In this document: in pieces, positions 9,601 to 19,640 of the stretch
How the letters are laid out: each line of letters opens with the position of its first letter
How positions within the stretch are numbered: position 1 is the stretch's first letter
IMG/VR virus record: IMGVR_UViG_2974518997_000001
Span: 33,758-97,757 of that record
From: a virus
Taxonomy: Duplodnaviria; Caudoviricetes
Reading direction: 5' to 3' (one strand)
Length of the DNA: 64,000 bases
Notes under the pieces: generated by a model
Database searches by the model: none
What the model was told of the DNA's origin: nothing
Seen by the model: the letters and a program-made list of their open reading frames with translations, nothing else
Translations under genes and position numbers: made by a program

Positions 9601-10312
9601 CGTGGCGTACTGGAACCAGACGTGGTCGAACGTCGGCTCCTTCATCTCGGACATCTGGAACAACATCGTCAGCTGGGTCACGAGCGCGTGGAACCGGCTG
9701 AGCGGCCAGGTGCAGGCGGGCCTCAACGGATTCATCGGCTTCTGGTCGAGCATCTGGAACAACGTCTCGAACACGGTCCAGAACGTCTGGAACAACGTGA
9801 TGAGCTTCATCGGCGGCATCCCGGGACGCATCATGGGCGTCTTCTCGGGTGCCGGCAGCTGGCTCGTCGGCATTGGCCGCGACGTGATCAACGGTCTCTT
9901 CAACGGTATCCGCGGCATGTGGGACAACATGATGGGCTGGATCAACAACGCGGTCGGTGGCCTCATCGACACCGTCGGTGGTCTGCTCGGCATCGCGTCG
10001 CCCTCGAAGGTCTTCCGCCGGATGGGTGAGTACGTCACCGAGGGCTTCCTTGACGGCATCTCGCAGCTCGGGAAGCTCGCGGACAAGTCCCTCGAGGTGT
10101 CCATGCGCGGCGTGGTCGGCACGGCGGACGAGAGCCTCCGCAGCATCACGCCGGCCACGAGCGACAACGGCGGCAACACCACGAACACCACGACGATCGA
10201 CCGCTCTCGGAACTTCAGCGATGGCGCGTTCGTCATCCCCAACGCGGACCCGTACGCTGTGGCTCGGGAGGTCGCGAACGCGGCCGCAGAAGATTCGGAG
10301 CTGGCAGCATGA
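6620..10312 (+). CDS. Tape measure protein
   Basis: 1230 aa; Ala/Gly-rich; Trp-periodic repeats; GIASPSKVF motif; follows the chaperones. Confidence 0.95.
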   Translation: MSMGGSVGDAYIEIGAEDDTTADLAKISKKLVSTLAAASDRAGREMQKRFADSADKAGDSMVRHLQDDFQRIQHDIDKLTEDQIIKMEAELHSTAARAELLWLARDRVVDLWVNIKGNAAAELTAIAKGLSGVSTITAWKDALIGMASSMPQLITRFAALGGAIAAIVAPIMNAMSAIAPLASSLGQIFPLILAGPAVFSAFAAQIAVVAMAFSGLADAVGPAGQRASEVMTQLGDRFKDLQNVVQENFWANFIDGFERVTGALMPQLESGLSSLASVMGSAFSGVADAIAAQLGDSGLDTFFQNVSQGVTNAAPGLAAFAAAFTRIMEQGATLLPAFGDWITKIGNQFNNWAQNADIAGLIENAAVQMGHLWNVAKELWGVLSGIFTAMDIGKSTGLESLAATLGKISDIVNGASFQSAMYVVFAGAAEGASRLSDALIPIGESLERLAPLISNALSQLAGGAADALIGIFDALAQPIAMDGLQAAIDGLSGLMTNIDWGAAGVAVGAIGSAIGTLAPLVTNLVNALLPLVGPIVDGLAGVGAVLMTLLTPVVQLIGPLIATEGAVMAIVGAFVLWKGISAIITGVQAAMLAYRGIMIGVTAAQTGMTVAQNAGKASMIGFAATTIAQGVAAAASWVASMVRMGAAAVAQAAVAAGAWLAQTARVLSYVVVNGTALALSWIGNMVKMGAAAVAQAAVAAGAWIAGVARTVAALAVQAAAFVAQKAVMVGMQVATAAATAAQWLFNAALSANPIGIIITLIAALVAGLVWFFTQTQLGQEIWSNFMTWLQEAWTNISTFFSELWTNITTFFSEAINNIVSFVTDNWGLLLSLLIGPIGLAIQWITENWDGIMKWLNEVITGFVSWWNDTWTAVGQFISDVWTNIVTWVTDTWNGFISWITGIINTFVSNWNRTWTAVGQFISDAWNRLVATVRAVWNQWISWINAVIATFVAFWNRTWTNVGNFIRDAWNNIVDAVTSAWNRFWATLSAGIAVFVAYWNQTWSNVGSFISDIWNNIVSWVTSAWNRLSGQVQAGLNGFIGFWSSIWNNVSNTVQNVWNNVMSFIGGIPGRIMGVFSGAGSWLVGIGRDVINGLFNGIRGMWDNMMGWINNAVGGLIDTVGGLLGIASPSKVFRRMGEYVTEGFLDGISQLGKLADKSLEVSMRGVVGTADESLRSITPATSDNGGNTTNTTTIDRSRNFSDGAFVIPNADPYAVAREVANAAAEDSELAA

Positions 10313-12243
10313 CGTACGAGGGCTACGTAGCATTCGGCGGCAACGAGGTCGTGAACAACGAGCGCGCCCGAGGCTATGCGCAGACGGCTGAGTGCCCGAT
10401 GTTCTGGCTGAAGGACGACCCGGACCAGGGCCTCGCGCCCGCGCTCGGGGACATCCCCTACGTCTACAGCGACATCACGGCGTCGCCCTGGTACGACTCC
10501 ACGATCGACGAGATCAGCCGCCGCTTCTTCGGCGTCTACGGCCTCGAGGTCCGAGGGGTCGAGGACTCCACGCGCACGGCGACGGTGACCGAGTCGATCG
10601 ACGACGGCGGTGTCATCGGCCGCCCTCGCTCGAGCACGCGCAACGTGACGGTGCGAGCCCTGCTCCTCGGCAAGGGCCGCGACGCGATCGAGTACGGCAT
10701 GAGCTGGATGGCGATGCAGCTGGACGCCGACGCGTGCGGCCAGGTCTCTCGGGACTGCGGCGTCGCGACGATGGACGTCTTCTCCACGGCTCCGCCCGTG
10801 CGCGGTGAGGTCCCGGACATCTCGGACTGGCAGATCACCCGCCGGAACCTGCTGACGAATCCTCGCATCATCAGCAGCAACACGGGCTGGACGTCGGCGT
10901 ACTCCTCGAGCGCGACAGCGTCGGGCATGCAGGTGGTCATGGCCGGCGGCCTGGCACCCGAGACGATCATGATGTCCTCCGCTGCGATCGCGACGACTCC
11001 CGGCGAGAACCGCTCGGTCGGCATCACGATCGAGGTGCCCGCGGGCTTCCCGGCGATGACGTTCAGCGTGGTCGCCTTCGCTGAGGGACCCGAGGTCATC
11101 CTCAGCCGCTCCGGCTCTGTGACGATCCAGCCTGGCGAGAGCCGCTACCTCCCGGCCAGTGCGCCGCGCTCGGCTCCCTCGGGCACGACGGCCGTGCGCC
11201 TGCAGGTGCGCGTCGGCGGCACCGAGCCGTCGCCGCTGCTTTCCCGCTTCTACGCGCGCGAGGCGATCATGGCCGACCAGCGCGACCCGGGCGCGTTCTT
11301 CAGCGGCGCGACGCCGAACACCGAGACCGAGCGCTTCACCTGGACCGGCACCGCAAACGCGTCGACCACGACCGAGGAGCGCAAGCTCCCGATCCTCCGG
11401 CCGCGGACGGACGCCGAGTACGGCGAGCTCGTCGACTACGCCCGGCGCTTCATGCGCAACTCCGCGGTGATCAGCGGCCCGCTCAAGCTCACCGAGCAGG
11501 CCTCGGGAGACTTCTGGGCCTACGAGGTGCAGTTCGTGCTGGCCGGCGGGCCGTCGATCCTCGGTGTGACGAAGTCGATCGCGCTGTCTCCGTCGACGCC
11601 GACCGTGGTGCAGGACATCGTCTACAACCTGATCCCGTACACGAACGCCGTCCTCGGCTCGGGCAGCATCGTGATCGCGACGAACCTCGCGCAGAACCCG
11701 AGCGTGGAGACGAACGCGACGGGCTGGTCGATCTCGAACAGCGTCATCTCCGGCTCGTCGCCGACGGCGTTCCTCACGGGCGCGCGCAGCACCGACGTGG
11801 CGGCGATCGGAACCGCGAGCTTCCGCGTGCGACTGCTCGGCGACAACGGCGCGACGGTGGTCTCCGCCTCGGTCTGCGACATGATCGGATACCAGGACGT
11901 GCCGATCCCGGCAGGCGTCGGTCGTCGCGTGTCTCTCAGCCTCTGGGGCGCGGTCTTCGCCAGCGCTGGTGCGACGCCGAACACTGCTCTGCAGAGCCTC
12001 AACGCGCGCTACCTGTTCCTGAACAACGGGGCCGCGGTCGGCGGCACGACGGTCTTCGGAACCACGCCGACCGACGAGTTCGGCGGCAAGGTGCACTCGC
12101 TGATCGGCCTGACCGTGCCTGACTCCGCGACCCACATTCGAGTGAGCCTGGCTGCTCGAGTGACCTGGACGTCGTCCGCCGCAGCTGGCCAGAACAGTGA
12201 CATCCGTCTGTACGGGGACGCGCTGATGGTGAGTGTGCCGTGA
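10309..12243 (+). CDS. Minor tail protein (Dit position) with carbohydrate-binding-like inserts
   Basis: First gene after TMP; RRNLLTNP and NLAQNPSVE motifs. Confidence 0.8.
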   Translation: MTYEGYVAFGGNEVVNNERARGYAQTAECPMFWLKDDPDQGLAPALGDIPYVYSDITASPWYDSTIDEISRRFFGVYGLEVRGVEDSTRTATVTESIDDGGVIGRPRSSTRNVTVRALLLGKGRDAIEYGMSWMAMQLDADACGQVSRDCGVATMDVFSTAPPVRGEVPDISDWQITRRNLLTNPRIISSNTGWTSAYSSSATASGMQVVMAGGLAPETIMMSSAAIATTPGENRSVGITIEVPAGFPAMTFSVVAFAEGPEVILSRSGSVTIQPGESRYLPASAPRSAPSGTTAVRLQVRVGGTEPSPLLSRFYAREAIMADQRDPGAFFSGATPNTETERFTWTGTANASTTTEERKLPILRPRTDAEYGELVDYARRFMRNSAVISGPLKLTEQASGDFWAYEVQFVLAGGPSILGVTKSIALSPSTPTVVQDIVYNLIPYTNAVLGSGSIVIATNLAQNPSVETNATGWSISNSVISGSSPTAFLTGARSTDVAAIGTASFRVRLLGDNGATVVSASVCDMIGYQDVPIPAGVGRRVSLSLWGAVFASAGATPNTALQSLNARYLFLNNGAAVGGTTVFGTTPTDEFGGKVHSLIGLTVPDSATHIRVSLAARVTWTSSAAAGQNSDIRLYGDALMVSVP

Positions 12244-12273
12244 TCATCGACTCGAACGTGAAGGAGGGCTGAC

Positions 12274-15200
12274 ATGACCTGGATCGGCGCTGTAAGCATC
12301 GGCACCGGCGGAACGATGATCATCGATGACGATGGCACGAACATCCGCTACTACCTCGACCAGAAGGACGGGGCGACGAACATCGGCTCGCCCGGTGTCG
12401 ACTGGTCGATCAACGTCAACGGCACGACCTACGCCGGGAAGTTCACGTGGGCCTCCGGCGGCGGCACGCGTCTCATCGCCGGACCGATCGGCGTCTCGAC
12501 GAACCAGGTCACCTCGTTCGCGATCGCGAGCACCGGCACGCAGGGCTTCGGCTCGGGCGGCACGGTCTACGGCACGATCAACCGCTCTACGACCCCGAAC
12601 GCGCCGACTCCGGTCACGTACTCGAGCGTCACCGATACCTCGATGCGCCTGGCGTGGACGCTGGCCGGCAACGGTGGTGCGGCGATCGACCAGGTCCTGC
12701 TGCGCCGCTCGCTGACCTCGGACTTCGCCAGCTACGTCGACTACCCGCTGTCGGCGAACGCGACCTCGTACACGGCCACCGGCCTGACGAAGAACACCCG
12801 GTACTACTGGCGCGTCTTCGCGCACAACATCAACGGCTTCTCGCCGCCCAGCGGCACGACCTCGCAGGTGACGGCAGACGCCCCGGCAGCTCCGGGCACT
12901 CCGACGGCGACGAACGTCACCGCGGTGTCGATGCGCCTGACCTGGGCGCTTCCTTCGGACAACGGCGGCATGGCGCTGACCGGTGTGAAGCTCCGTCGCG
13001 CGCGCAACAGCGCCTTCACCACCGACGTGGAGGACTTCGATCTCGCGGCGAACGCGACGGCTCTGACGGTCACGGATCTCATCCCGGACACAACGTACTA
13101 CTGGCGCGTGTTCGTGAAGAACGCCGCCGGCTTCAGCCCGTCGTCCGGCATCCGCACGCAGGCTACGCCGGCGACGGGTGCGCCTGGTCTCGACGTCACG
13201 GCGTCGGCGACCTCCTCGGTCGCGCGCTTCACGCCTCCGGGCGGCCTGTCCGGCGTCTCGCAGTACGACCTCGAGCGGCGGCAGATCGGTGGTGGCGGCC
13301 TCGTCAACCAGCAGTCGACCTCGGGCACCTCGATCACCTCGACGGGACTGACGGCCGGCACTCGCTACGAGTACCGTGCGCGTGCGCGCTGGAACGGCGG
13401 CGGCGGGTACATCTACTACTCCCCGTGGACGGACTGGAGCGGTACTCCCGCGGCTCCTGGCTCGCTGACGGCCACCGGCACGGGCCCTGACTCGGTCCGT
13501 CTGAACTGGACCACGCCGTCGAACGGTGGCCTGGCGCTCAACGCGATCATCGTCGAGCGTTCCACGTCCGCGAGCTTCACCTCGGTGGCGACGACCACCC
13601 TGGCGGCGAACGCGACGAGCCTCGCTGTCACAGGTCTGAACCCGAACACGACCTACTACTGGCGGGTCTACGCGCGGAACGAGCAGGGTCTTAGCCCGGC
13701 GGCGACGACCAGCTGGAAGACCTTCCCCGAGACGTCCCCGGGCTTCAGCATCACGCGCACGGAGACGTCGTCGACCGCGGTGCTGACGCCCCCGACGGGC
13801 GGCTCTGCGCCGACGAAGTACACCCTCGAGCGCCGCGTTGTCGGCTCCTCGACCATCTCGAGCACGGACTCGGCGACGAGCCCGATCGTGTACAACGGCC
13901 TCGAGTCGGACTTCCGCTACGAGTGGCGCGCATCGGCCTGGTACGGCACCTACCAGACGCCCTGGTCGGGCTGGCTGTCGACTCCCGGGTCTCCGACGAC
14001 TCCGTCGGTCACCGAGCTAACGCCGACCTCGCTGAAGCTGAGCTGGTCGCTCTCGACGAGCAACGGCGGCCGCACGCCGACCGCGGTGAAGCTGCGCCGG
14101 TCGACGGACCCGTCCTTCGCGACGTACACCGAGACGGTGCTCGCGGCGACCGCGACATCGGCATCGGTCACCGGCCTGACGGCGGCGACGACCTACTACT
14201 GGCGCGTCGTGCAGACGAACGCGGTCGGCGACAGCGTGCCCAGCGGCACTCGCACGCAGACGACGCTGGCGGCGACTCCTCCGGGCCTGACGGTCACGGC
14301 GGCCGTGGCCGGCACGACCTCGAGCGCGGCGATGACCCCTCCGGGCGGCTTCTCCGGCGTGACGAAGTACACGCTGCAGCGTCGCGTGGCCGGCACCTCC
14401 TCGGTGACGACCCTGGAGGCGGCGAGCAGCCCGATCACCTCGAGCGGACTGCAGCCAGGCACGCGGTACGAGTACCGGGCCTCGGCCTGGTTCGGTGACT
14501 ACCAGTCGCCGTGGACGAGCTGGGTGGCGCTGACGCAGCCGAACCCGAACACGGACCCGGGCGCGTACTTCGATGGCAACACGCAGAACTCCAGTTCGGT
14601 GTCGTACACCTGGACGGGCACGGCGAACAACTCCAGTACGGTGGCGACGGCCGTCACTCCGACGGGCTGGGCGGTCTTCGAGCGCGCCGCGGCGTCGTGT
14701 GGCGGCACCGGAGCGGTGTTCCGCGCGGTCGGCGGTGCGTCGGGCGGCACGTCCGCTCGAGCGGTGTTCTTCACGGACGCGACGAACGCGGGCCTGCAGT
14801 TCGGCACTTCGGACCAGGTCGCCGATGCGCGCGCCGTGGTCGGCGAGGACGCGCCGTACGTCGGCTCGATCTACGTGATGCTCAGCAAGTCGCAGCGCGT
14901 GCGTGCGGTGATCCGGTGGATGACGGCCGGCGGCACGTACATCTCCGCGTCCACCGGTGACGCGGTCGTCGTGCCGGCGGGCGTGTGGACGCGCCTGTCG
15001 ACGGGTGTGCGCACGTCCCCGATCGGTGCGCGCCGCGCGTCGGTCGTCGTGCAGGACGTCACAGGCACGGGCCACTCGCTGTGGCTCGGTGGCGACTGGG
15101 TTCAGGCGGACGCCGCGATGCTCACGCTGCAGACGCTGTTCCCCTACTTCGACGGTGACGACGCCCGCGACAACGCGCAGTACGACTACTCCTGGGTCGG

Positions 15201-15768
15201 CACGCCGAACGCCAGCGAGTCCACGCGAGCGCCCGCGGTACAGCGCTACGTCGACCCGCTCGCGGACCCGAACTGCCCTCCTCCGCCTCAGCCTCCCGCG
15301 GCACCGACGATCCAGGACGACTGCATCGTGCCGGTGGGCACCTGGCGTCGGTACTGGGCGCAGATCCCGGCGACGGAGATCAGCGACCACCTGCAGATGA
15401 TCCCGACGATCTACGTGTCGACAGCATCCGCCGCGGCGCAGCAGGTGCGCGTGCGCATCTACGAGAACCCGAACCAGATCACTCCCGAGGAGTTTGACGA
15501 CTCGAGCTGGATGAGCGAGCAGATCATCAGCTACCTGCCCGCGCGCACCCGTCTCACGCTCGAGGGTGTGGACCGACGGGCGTATGCTGCGGTGAACGGA
15601 GCGGACGACATCGCGGCCGACAAGCTGCTGTACGGCACCGACGGCGCTCCCGCGAGCTGGGCAATGCTCGGGTGCGGTATCGCCTACCTGCTCAGCTTCG
15701 ATGTTCCTCTGGACGCTCCGACGGGCAACGTGTCGGTCGAGATCGACCTGACCCGAAAGGTGATGTGA
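12274..15768 (+). CDS. Minor tail protein with multiple fibronectin type III-like repeats
   Basis: Repeated L.W...GL.P.T.YYWRV.A.N..G.S modules; 1164 aa; GGAGG RBS. Confidence 0.85.
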   Translation: MTWIGAVSIGTGGTMIIDDDGTNIRYYLDQKDGATNIGSPGVDWSINVNGTTYAGKFTWASGGGTRLIAGPIGVSTNQVTSFAIASTGTQGFGSGGTVYGTINRSTTPNAPTPVTYSSVTDTSMRLAWTLAGNGGAAIDQVLLRRSLTSDFASYVDYPLSANATSYTATGLTKNTRYYWRVFAHNINGFSPPSGTTSQVTADAPAAPGTPTATNVTAVSMRLTWALPSDNGGMALTGVKLRRARNSAFTTDVEDFDLAANATALTVTDLIPDTTYYWRVFVKNAAGFSPSSGIRTQATPATGAPGLDVTASATSSVARFTPPGGLSGVSQYDLERRQIGGGGLVNQQSTSGTSITSTGLTAGTRYEYRARARWNGGGGYIYYSPWTDWSGTPAAPGSLTATGTGPDSVRLNWTTPSNGGLALNAIIVERSTSASFTSVATTTLAANATSLAVTGLNPNTTYYWRVYARNEQGLSPAATTSWKTFPETSPGFSITRTETSSTAVLTPPTGGSAPTKYTLERRVVGSSTISSTDSATSPIVYNGLESDFRYEWRASAWYGTYQTPWSGWLSTPGSPTTPSVTELTPTSLKLSWSLSTSNGGRTPTAVKLRRSTDPSFATYTETVLAATATSASVTGLTAATTYYWRVVQTNAVGDSVPSGTRTQTTLAATPPGLTVTAAVAGTTSSAAMTPPGGFSGVTKYTLQRRVAGTSSVTTLEAASSPITSSGLQPGTRYEYRASAWFGDYQSPWTSWVALTQPNPNTDPGAYFDGNTQNSSSVSYTWTGTANNSSTVATAVTPTGWAVFERAAASCGGTGAVFRAVGGASGGTSARAVFFTDATNAGLQFGTSDQVADARAVVGEDAPYVGSIYVMLSKSQRVRAVIRWMTAGGTYISASTGDAVVVPAGVWTRLSTGVRTSPIGARRASVVVQDVTGTGHSLWLGGDWVQADAAMLTLQTLFPYFDGDDARDNAQYDYSWVGTPNASESTRAPAVQRYVDPLADPNCPPPPQPPAAPTIQDDCIVPVGTWRRYWAQIPATEISDHLQMIPTIYVSTASAAAQQVRVRIYENPNQITPEEFDDSSWMSEQIISYLPARTRLTLEGVDRRAYAAVNGADDIAADKLLYGTDGAPASWAMLGCGIAYLLSFDVPLDAPTGNVSVEIDLTRKVM

Positions 15769-16961
15769 TGCAGGGAGTCTACGGAGAGCAGTGCATCAGC
15801 CGGCACTCGGTGATGATCCACGACCGCGGCGGCAAGCGCCGCATCGATGCGCTGGTCGATGTGACTCTCGTGCGCTGGGGCCGGACCCTCTCGGGGTCGG
15901 TGATCAGCGAGATCCGGATCACCGGGAAGAAGGCGTGCCGCGAGCAGCTGGACAAGCTCGTGCGCATCAAGGCGCGGCGGCACGAGGTCGTCATCTTCCG
16001 AGGGCTAGAGCGCGTATTCGAGGGCCCCATCCTCCGAGTGAAGTGGCTCTCCAACGGCGTGGTGATCCTGGCGAAGGACGTCACCGAGTACCTGGCCGGC
16101 ACGTCGCTCTCGAAGCACTGGCCCGGCCCGAAGCTCGGCGGCCCGAAGCTGATGACCACGCGCGTGCAGCAGATCATCACCCACGAGCTCACGACGCCGT
16201 ACACCATGCGGACCGGGACCACGGAGAACCCGACGCTCGTGACGGTGAAGCGCTGGGAGCAGATGGATCCGCCGATCAACGTGCTGCCTCACCTCGAGGT
16301 GCGCCCGTCGGCCACCCTCGAGACGACGGCGAACACGCAGGCCTTCGAGATGAGCGTGCTGGACGAGCTGTACGATCGCGCGCAGAGCTCGCTGAACTAC
16401 ACGACCATCGGTCGGAAGATCGTGATCTGGGACACCGACGAGCTGTTCGGCAAGACGCGCAAGCTCACCGATGCGGACTTCTACGGCGAGATCGAGGTGT
16501 ACGAGGACGGCTCGGAGTTCTCGAGCATCAACCACCTGTCCGCGCAGCGCGACGACGAGGTGATCGTCACGGACCCGGGCGTCACGCAGGGTGTCGGTCA
16601 CGCCGGCAGTGAGGACCCGTACTTCGGCGTCTGGGAGTACATCCAGTCGTCCTCGAGCGAGGAGGGCTCTGAGGCTCCGACCCAGGCCGAGCTCAACAGC
16701 CAGGCTCGCCGCATCGACCGCACCCGCCGCCGGCTGCCTCTGGTCATGGCGATCCCGGGATCCTCAGGCATTCGCCTCTCGGACGACCTGACGATCATGC
16801 AGCTGATCCCGGGCGTCGTGATGCCGGTCTCCGCGATCTTCAACCTCCGGGAGGTGACCCAGGACCAGATTCTCACCGACGTGATGGTGGAGGAGACGTC
16901 CCTGGGTGAGACAATCCAGGTGGGCCTGTCGCCGTCAGGCCCTCTGACGGAGGCGGCATGA
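15768..16961 (+). CDS. Minor tail protein (Tal or hub-like)
   Basis: ATG overlaps upstream TGA; V..FRG..RVFEGPI motif; synteny. Confidence 0.75.
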   Translation: MQGVYGEQCISRHSVMIHDRGGKRRIDALVDVTLVRWGRTLSGSVISEIRITGKKACREQLDKLVRIKARRHEVVIFRGLERVFEGPILRVKWLSNGVVILAKDVTEYLAGTSLSKHWPGPKLGGPKLMTTRVQQIITHELTTPYTMRTGTTENPTLVTVKRWEQMDPPINVLPHLEVRPSATLETTANTQAFEMSVLDELYDRAQSSLNYTTIGRKIVIWDTDELFGKTRKLTDADFYGEIEVYEDGSEFSSINHLSAQRDDEVIVTDPGVTQGVGHAGSEDPYFGVWEYIQSSSSEEGSEAPTQAELNSQARRIDRTRRRLPLVMAIPGSSGIRLSDDLTIMQLIPGVVMPVSAIFNLREVTQDQILTDVMVEETSLGETIQVGLSPSGPLTEAA

Positions 16962-17722
16962 GTCTCAACGCTGATGTGAAGCAGCGGGTCCGGGTAGAGA
17001 AGCGCCTGCAGAGTCTCGAGCGTGCCGCGGCGCGCAACGGCCGCTTCGTCCTGCCGGACCGGCTGAAGGGCGTGCTGTCCCGGACCCTCGACGCGAACGA
17101 GATGCAGGGGTCGGGCTGGTTTTGGCTGACGACGAATGGCGGGAACTCGCCGGACATCACGCAGAACTACATCATCGAGCAGTACGAGCTCGACTCGACG
17201 ACGCGCTACCAGCAGGCCTGGCGCATCGGATCGCCGCCGAACTTCATCTTCGCCGAGCGCTGGACGCGCACGCGCACGGGCAACGGCGGCTGGACGGCGT
17301 GGAAGCTGCTCAGCTACCCGACCACGAGCTTCACACCGACGCTCACGGGCATGGCGCAGGGCAACGGGACCCTCTCGGGCACGTTCAGCGTCGCCGACGG
17401 CATCGTGACCGGCCGCATCATCTTCGTGCTGGGCTCCACCTCGGGCGTATCGAGCGATCTGCGCTTCAGCTACCCGCCTTTCCCGTACTCCGGCTCTACG
17501 ATGAACGCAGGCTTCGGCCGATTGACCGACAGCTCGCAGGGAATCGCCGCTCAGGCGACGGTTCTGTGCAACTCGAGCTTCATCTACGCCCGTCCGCTCG
17601 CCGCGACGACGATCGACAGCACCACGCAGTACCTGAGGGAGCTCCAGGGCTCTGCGAGCATCCCGTTCGCGTGGGGAGCGGGCGACAGCATGGTTCTCGA
17701 CTTCAGTTACCCCATCGTCTAG
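16958..17722 (+). CDS. Minor tail protein
   Basis: RLQSLER coiled segment; W.R..T..GWTAW knob-like motif. Confidence 0.7.
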   Translation: MSLNADVKQRVRVEKRLQSLERAAARNGRFVLPDRLKGVLSRTLDANEMQGSGWFWLTTNGGNSPDITQNYIIEQYELDSTTRYQQAWRIGSPPNFIFAERWTRTRTGNGGWTAWKLLSYPTTSFTPTLTGMAQGNGTLSGTFSVADGIVTGRIIFVLGSTSGVSSDLRFSYPPFPYSGSTMNAGFGRLTDSSQGIAAQATVLCNSSFIYARPLAATTIDSTTQYLRELQGSASIPFAWGAGDSMVLDFSYPIV

Positions 17723-17731
17723 GAGGAAATC

Positions 17732-18040
17732 GTGTCATCCCAGGAAGTTCTGACCATCATCGCCAGCCTGAATGGCGGATTCAACGGGGAGGTGCTCGGA
17801 AAGCAGATCAACGTGGAGATTCTGTCGCCCACGGAGGCGATCTACACGCTGAAGTACTTCGAGAACAACCAGCCGACCGGCGAATCCGAGCGATATGCGC
17901 TCACACTCGTCGAATTACCCCCTCTGCCGGTGGATCCGAACGATCCGCTCGAGGGAAGCGCGTCCACAGGCGGCGGAGGCCTCCCGATCGAGCTCGAGGA
18001 GACCCAGCCGTTCGATTCGAACACCGAGGAGCCCTCATGA
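17732..18040 (+). CDS. Hypothetical protein
   Basis: AGGAGG RBS; GTG start. Confidence 0.7.
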   Translation: MSSQEVLTIIASLNGGFNGEVLGKQINVEILSPTEAIYTLKYFENNQPTGESERYALTLVELPPLPVDPNDPLEGSASTGGGGLPIELEETQPFDSNTEEPS

Positions 18041-18204
18041 GCACCGATATTCCCGGCCACGACCAGATCAAGGAGGCTCTCCTCGCCGAGGGTGCTCCTC
18101 CGCACTTCATCCTGGACATCGGGAACAGCGATGACCTCGATGGAGACGGCCTGGTGAAGGTCTCGCTCGGCCTGGACGGCGAGCTCGTCTTCGAGGACGC
18201 CTGA
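18037..18204 (+). CDS. Small acidic hypothetical protein (MSTDIPGHDQ...)
   Basis: GAGGAG RBS; ATGA overlap. Confidence 0.65.
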   Translation: MSTDIPGHDQIKEALLAEGAPPHFILDIGNSDDLDGDGLVKVSLGLDGELVFEDA

Positions 18205-18205
18205 G

Positions 18206-19045
18206 ATGGCGTTCACATACCAGGGAGCGCACGTCGACCTCGGATTCGGCCGCGGGTGGCTGGATAAGGGCCCGGCAGCCTCGATCGGGCGCATTGACCG
18301 CGCTCTCGGGCATCCTCTGCAGATCACCGAGGCAGGACGCAACTGGGCGCAGCAGAACAAGCACTTCCAGCACTACCTGAAGTACGGCTACCCGATCGCG
18401 CTCGATCCGAACACCCCGAGCGAGCACCAGAAGGGCAAGTCGATCGACTCCGACGAGGCGCAGAAGCACCAGGCGCTGATGGAGGAGCACGGCTGGCGGC
18501 GCACGGTCTACCGCTGGGTCAACGGCGTCTGGACTCTCGTCGAGCGCTGGCACTACGAGTACTTCCCGCACCTCGACCTCCACATCAACGACAAGATCAT
18601 CCCCACCTCGAAGGAGAACACCATGCCCGTCTCTGTCCGCACGCCGAACGGGAAGATCTACGCGATCGACACCGGCTCGATCATCCACTACTCGCGCCAG
18701 AGTCAGGCGACGGTCACGACCGACGTCAACGACCCGGGCCCCGGCACCGGTGAGACCCACAACCTCACCCTCACGCAGTTCGTCGACTACCTCGACGGCA
18801 TGCTGATCCCCCGCAGCGTCCTCGACGGCTCGGGCAACGTGCTGAACCCGGAGTCGGGCAAGTACGAGGTTGGCGGTGCGTGGAGCTGGGAGCGCGTGAA
18901 CAAGGCGGCCAACGACCGCATCGAGAAGCAGAACGCCGAGCTCGCGAAGAGCATCGCGGCGCAGAAGGCGCAGGCCGACCGCGTCGAGGCGCAGAACAAG
19001 GCGATCCAGTCTCAGCTGGCGCAGATCGCGGCGGCGCAGAAGTAG
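18206..19045 (+). CDS. Endolysin, M15-type Zn peptidase
   Basis: R...Q, SEHQKGKSID (SxHxxGxAxD-like) and ERWH (ExWH) motifs; next to membrane genes. Confidence 0.8.
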   Translation: MAFTYQGAHVDLGFGRGWLDKGPAASIGRIDRALGHPLQITEAGRNWAQQNKHFQHYLKYGYPIALDPNTPSEHQKGKSIDSDEAQKHQALMEEHGWRRTVYRWVNGVWTLVERWHYEYFPHLDLHINDKIIPTSKENTMPVSVRTPNGKIYAIDTGSIIHYSRQSQATVTTDVNDPGPGTGETHNLTLTQFVDYLDGMLIPRSVLDGSGNVLNPESGKYEVGGAWSWERVNKAANDRIEKQNAELAKSIAAQKAQADRVEAQNKAIQSQLAQIAAAQK

Positions 19046-19157
19046 GACGCCACGCGCACACTTGAGAGGGTTCAGTCCACAAGACTGGACCCTCTCAGGT
19101 ATCCTCGTAGACGAACATGCTGGCCAGGGGCCGGTGTTCCTCACGAGGGGAACATCG

Positions 19158-19640
19158 ATGATCTTGGAGCAGCTGGTCCAGCTGGTGATCGCCACCACGT
19201 CCGCACACCTGGCGCAGGCCGTCGGCGAAGAGGGTGGGACCGGAAACGGCAACGGCACGCTGATCATCGACCTGCTGAACATGCAGTGGTGGCAGGCGCT
19301 CTTCGGCATCCTGGCGGGCCTCGGTCTGTCGCCGGCACCGTGGATCCTCGGTCTCGCGACGAACAAGATCCAGTTCACCGCGGCGGCGAATGCCGCGTAC
19401 GCCGCGCGCGAGGCGGACCTGAAGGCCTATCACGCAGACGTGGTGAAGCGTCTCGAGCAGCGGTACTCTGACTTGGAAGAGACGAACGACAAGAACGTCG
19501 AAGCTCTGAATGCGCAGAAGGAACGTGCAGACAAGGCCACCTCGGCCGTCTTCGAGACAACGGAAGCTCTGCGGCAGGCCTCCCACGTCATTGACGAACT
19601 CCGCTTGGCCGCGCAGGGGGTGACTCCGAATGGTTCATGA
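19158..19640 (+). CDS. Membrane protein of the lysis cassette
   Basis: Hydrophobic segment followed by coiled coil. Confidence 0.6.
   Translation: MILEQLVQLVIATTSAHLAQAVGEEGGTGNGNGTLIIDLLNMQWWQALFGILAGLGLSPAPWILGLATNKIQFTAAANAAYAAREADLKAYHADVVKRLEQRYSDLEETNDKNVEALNAQKERADKATSAVFETTEALRQASHVIDELRLAAQGVTPNGS

Noticed and set aside
7010-12135. Very long minus-strand ORFs (1107 and 1188 aa) and similar ones opposite polA, the helicase and rtcB
   Set aside because: Antisense shadows of high-GC3 genes; no motifs or RBS.
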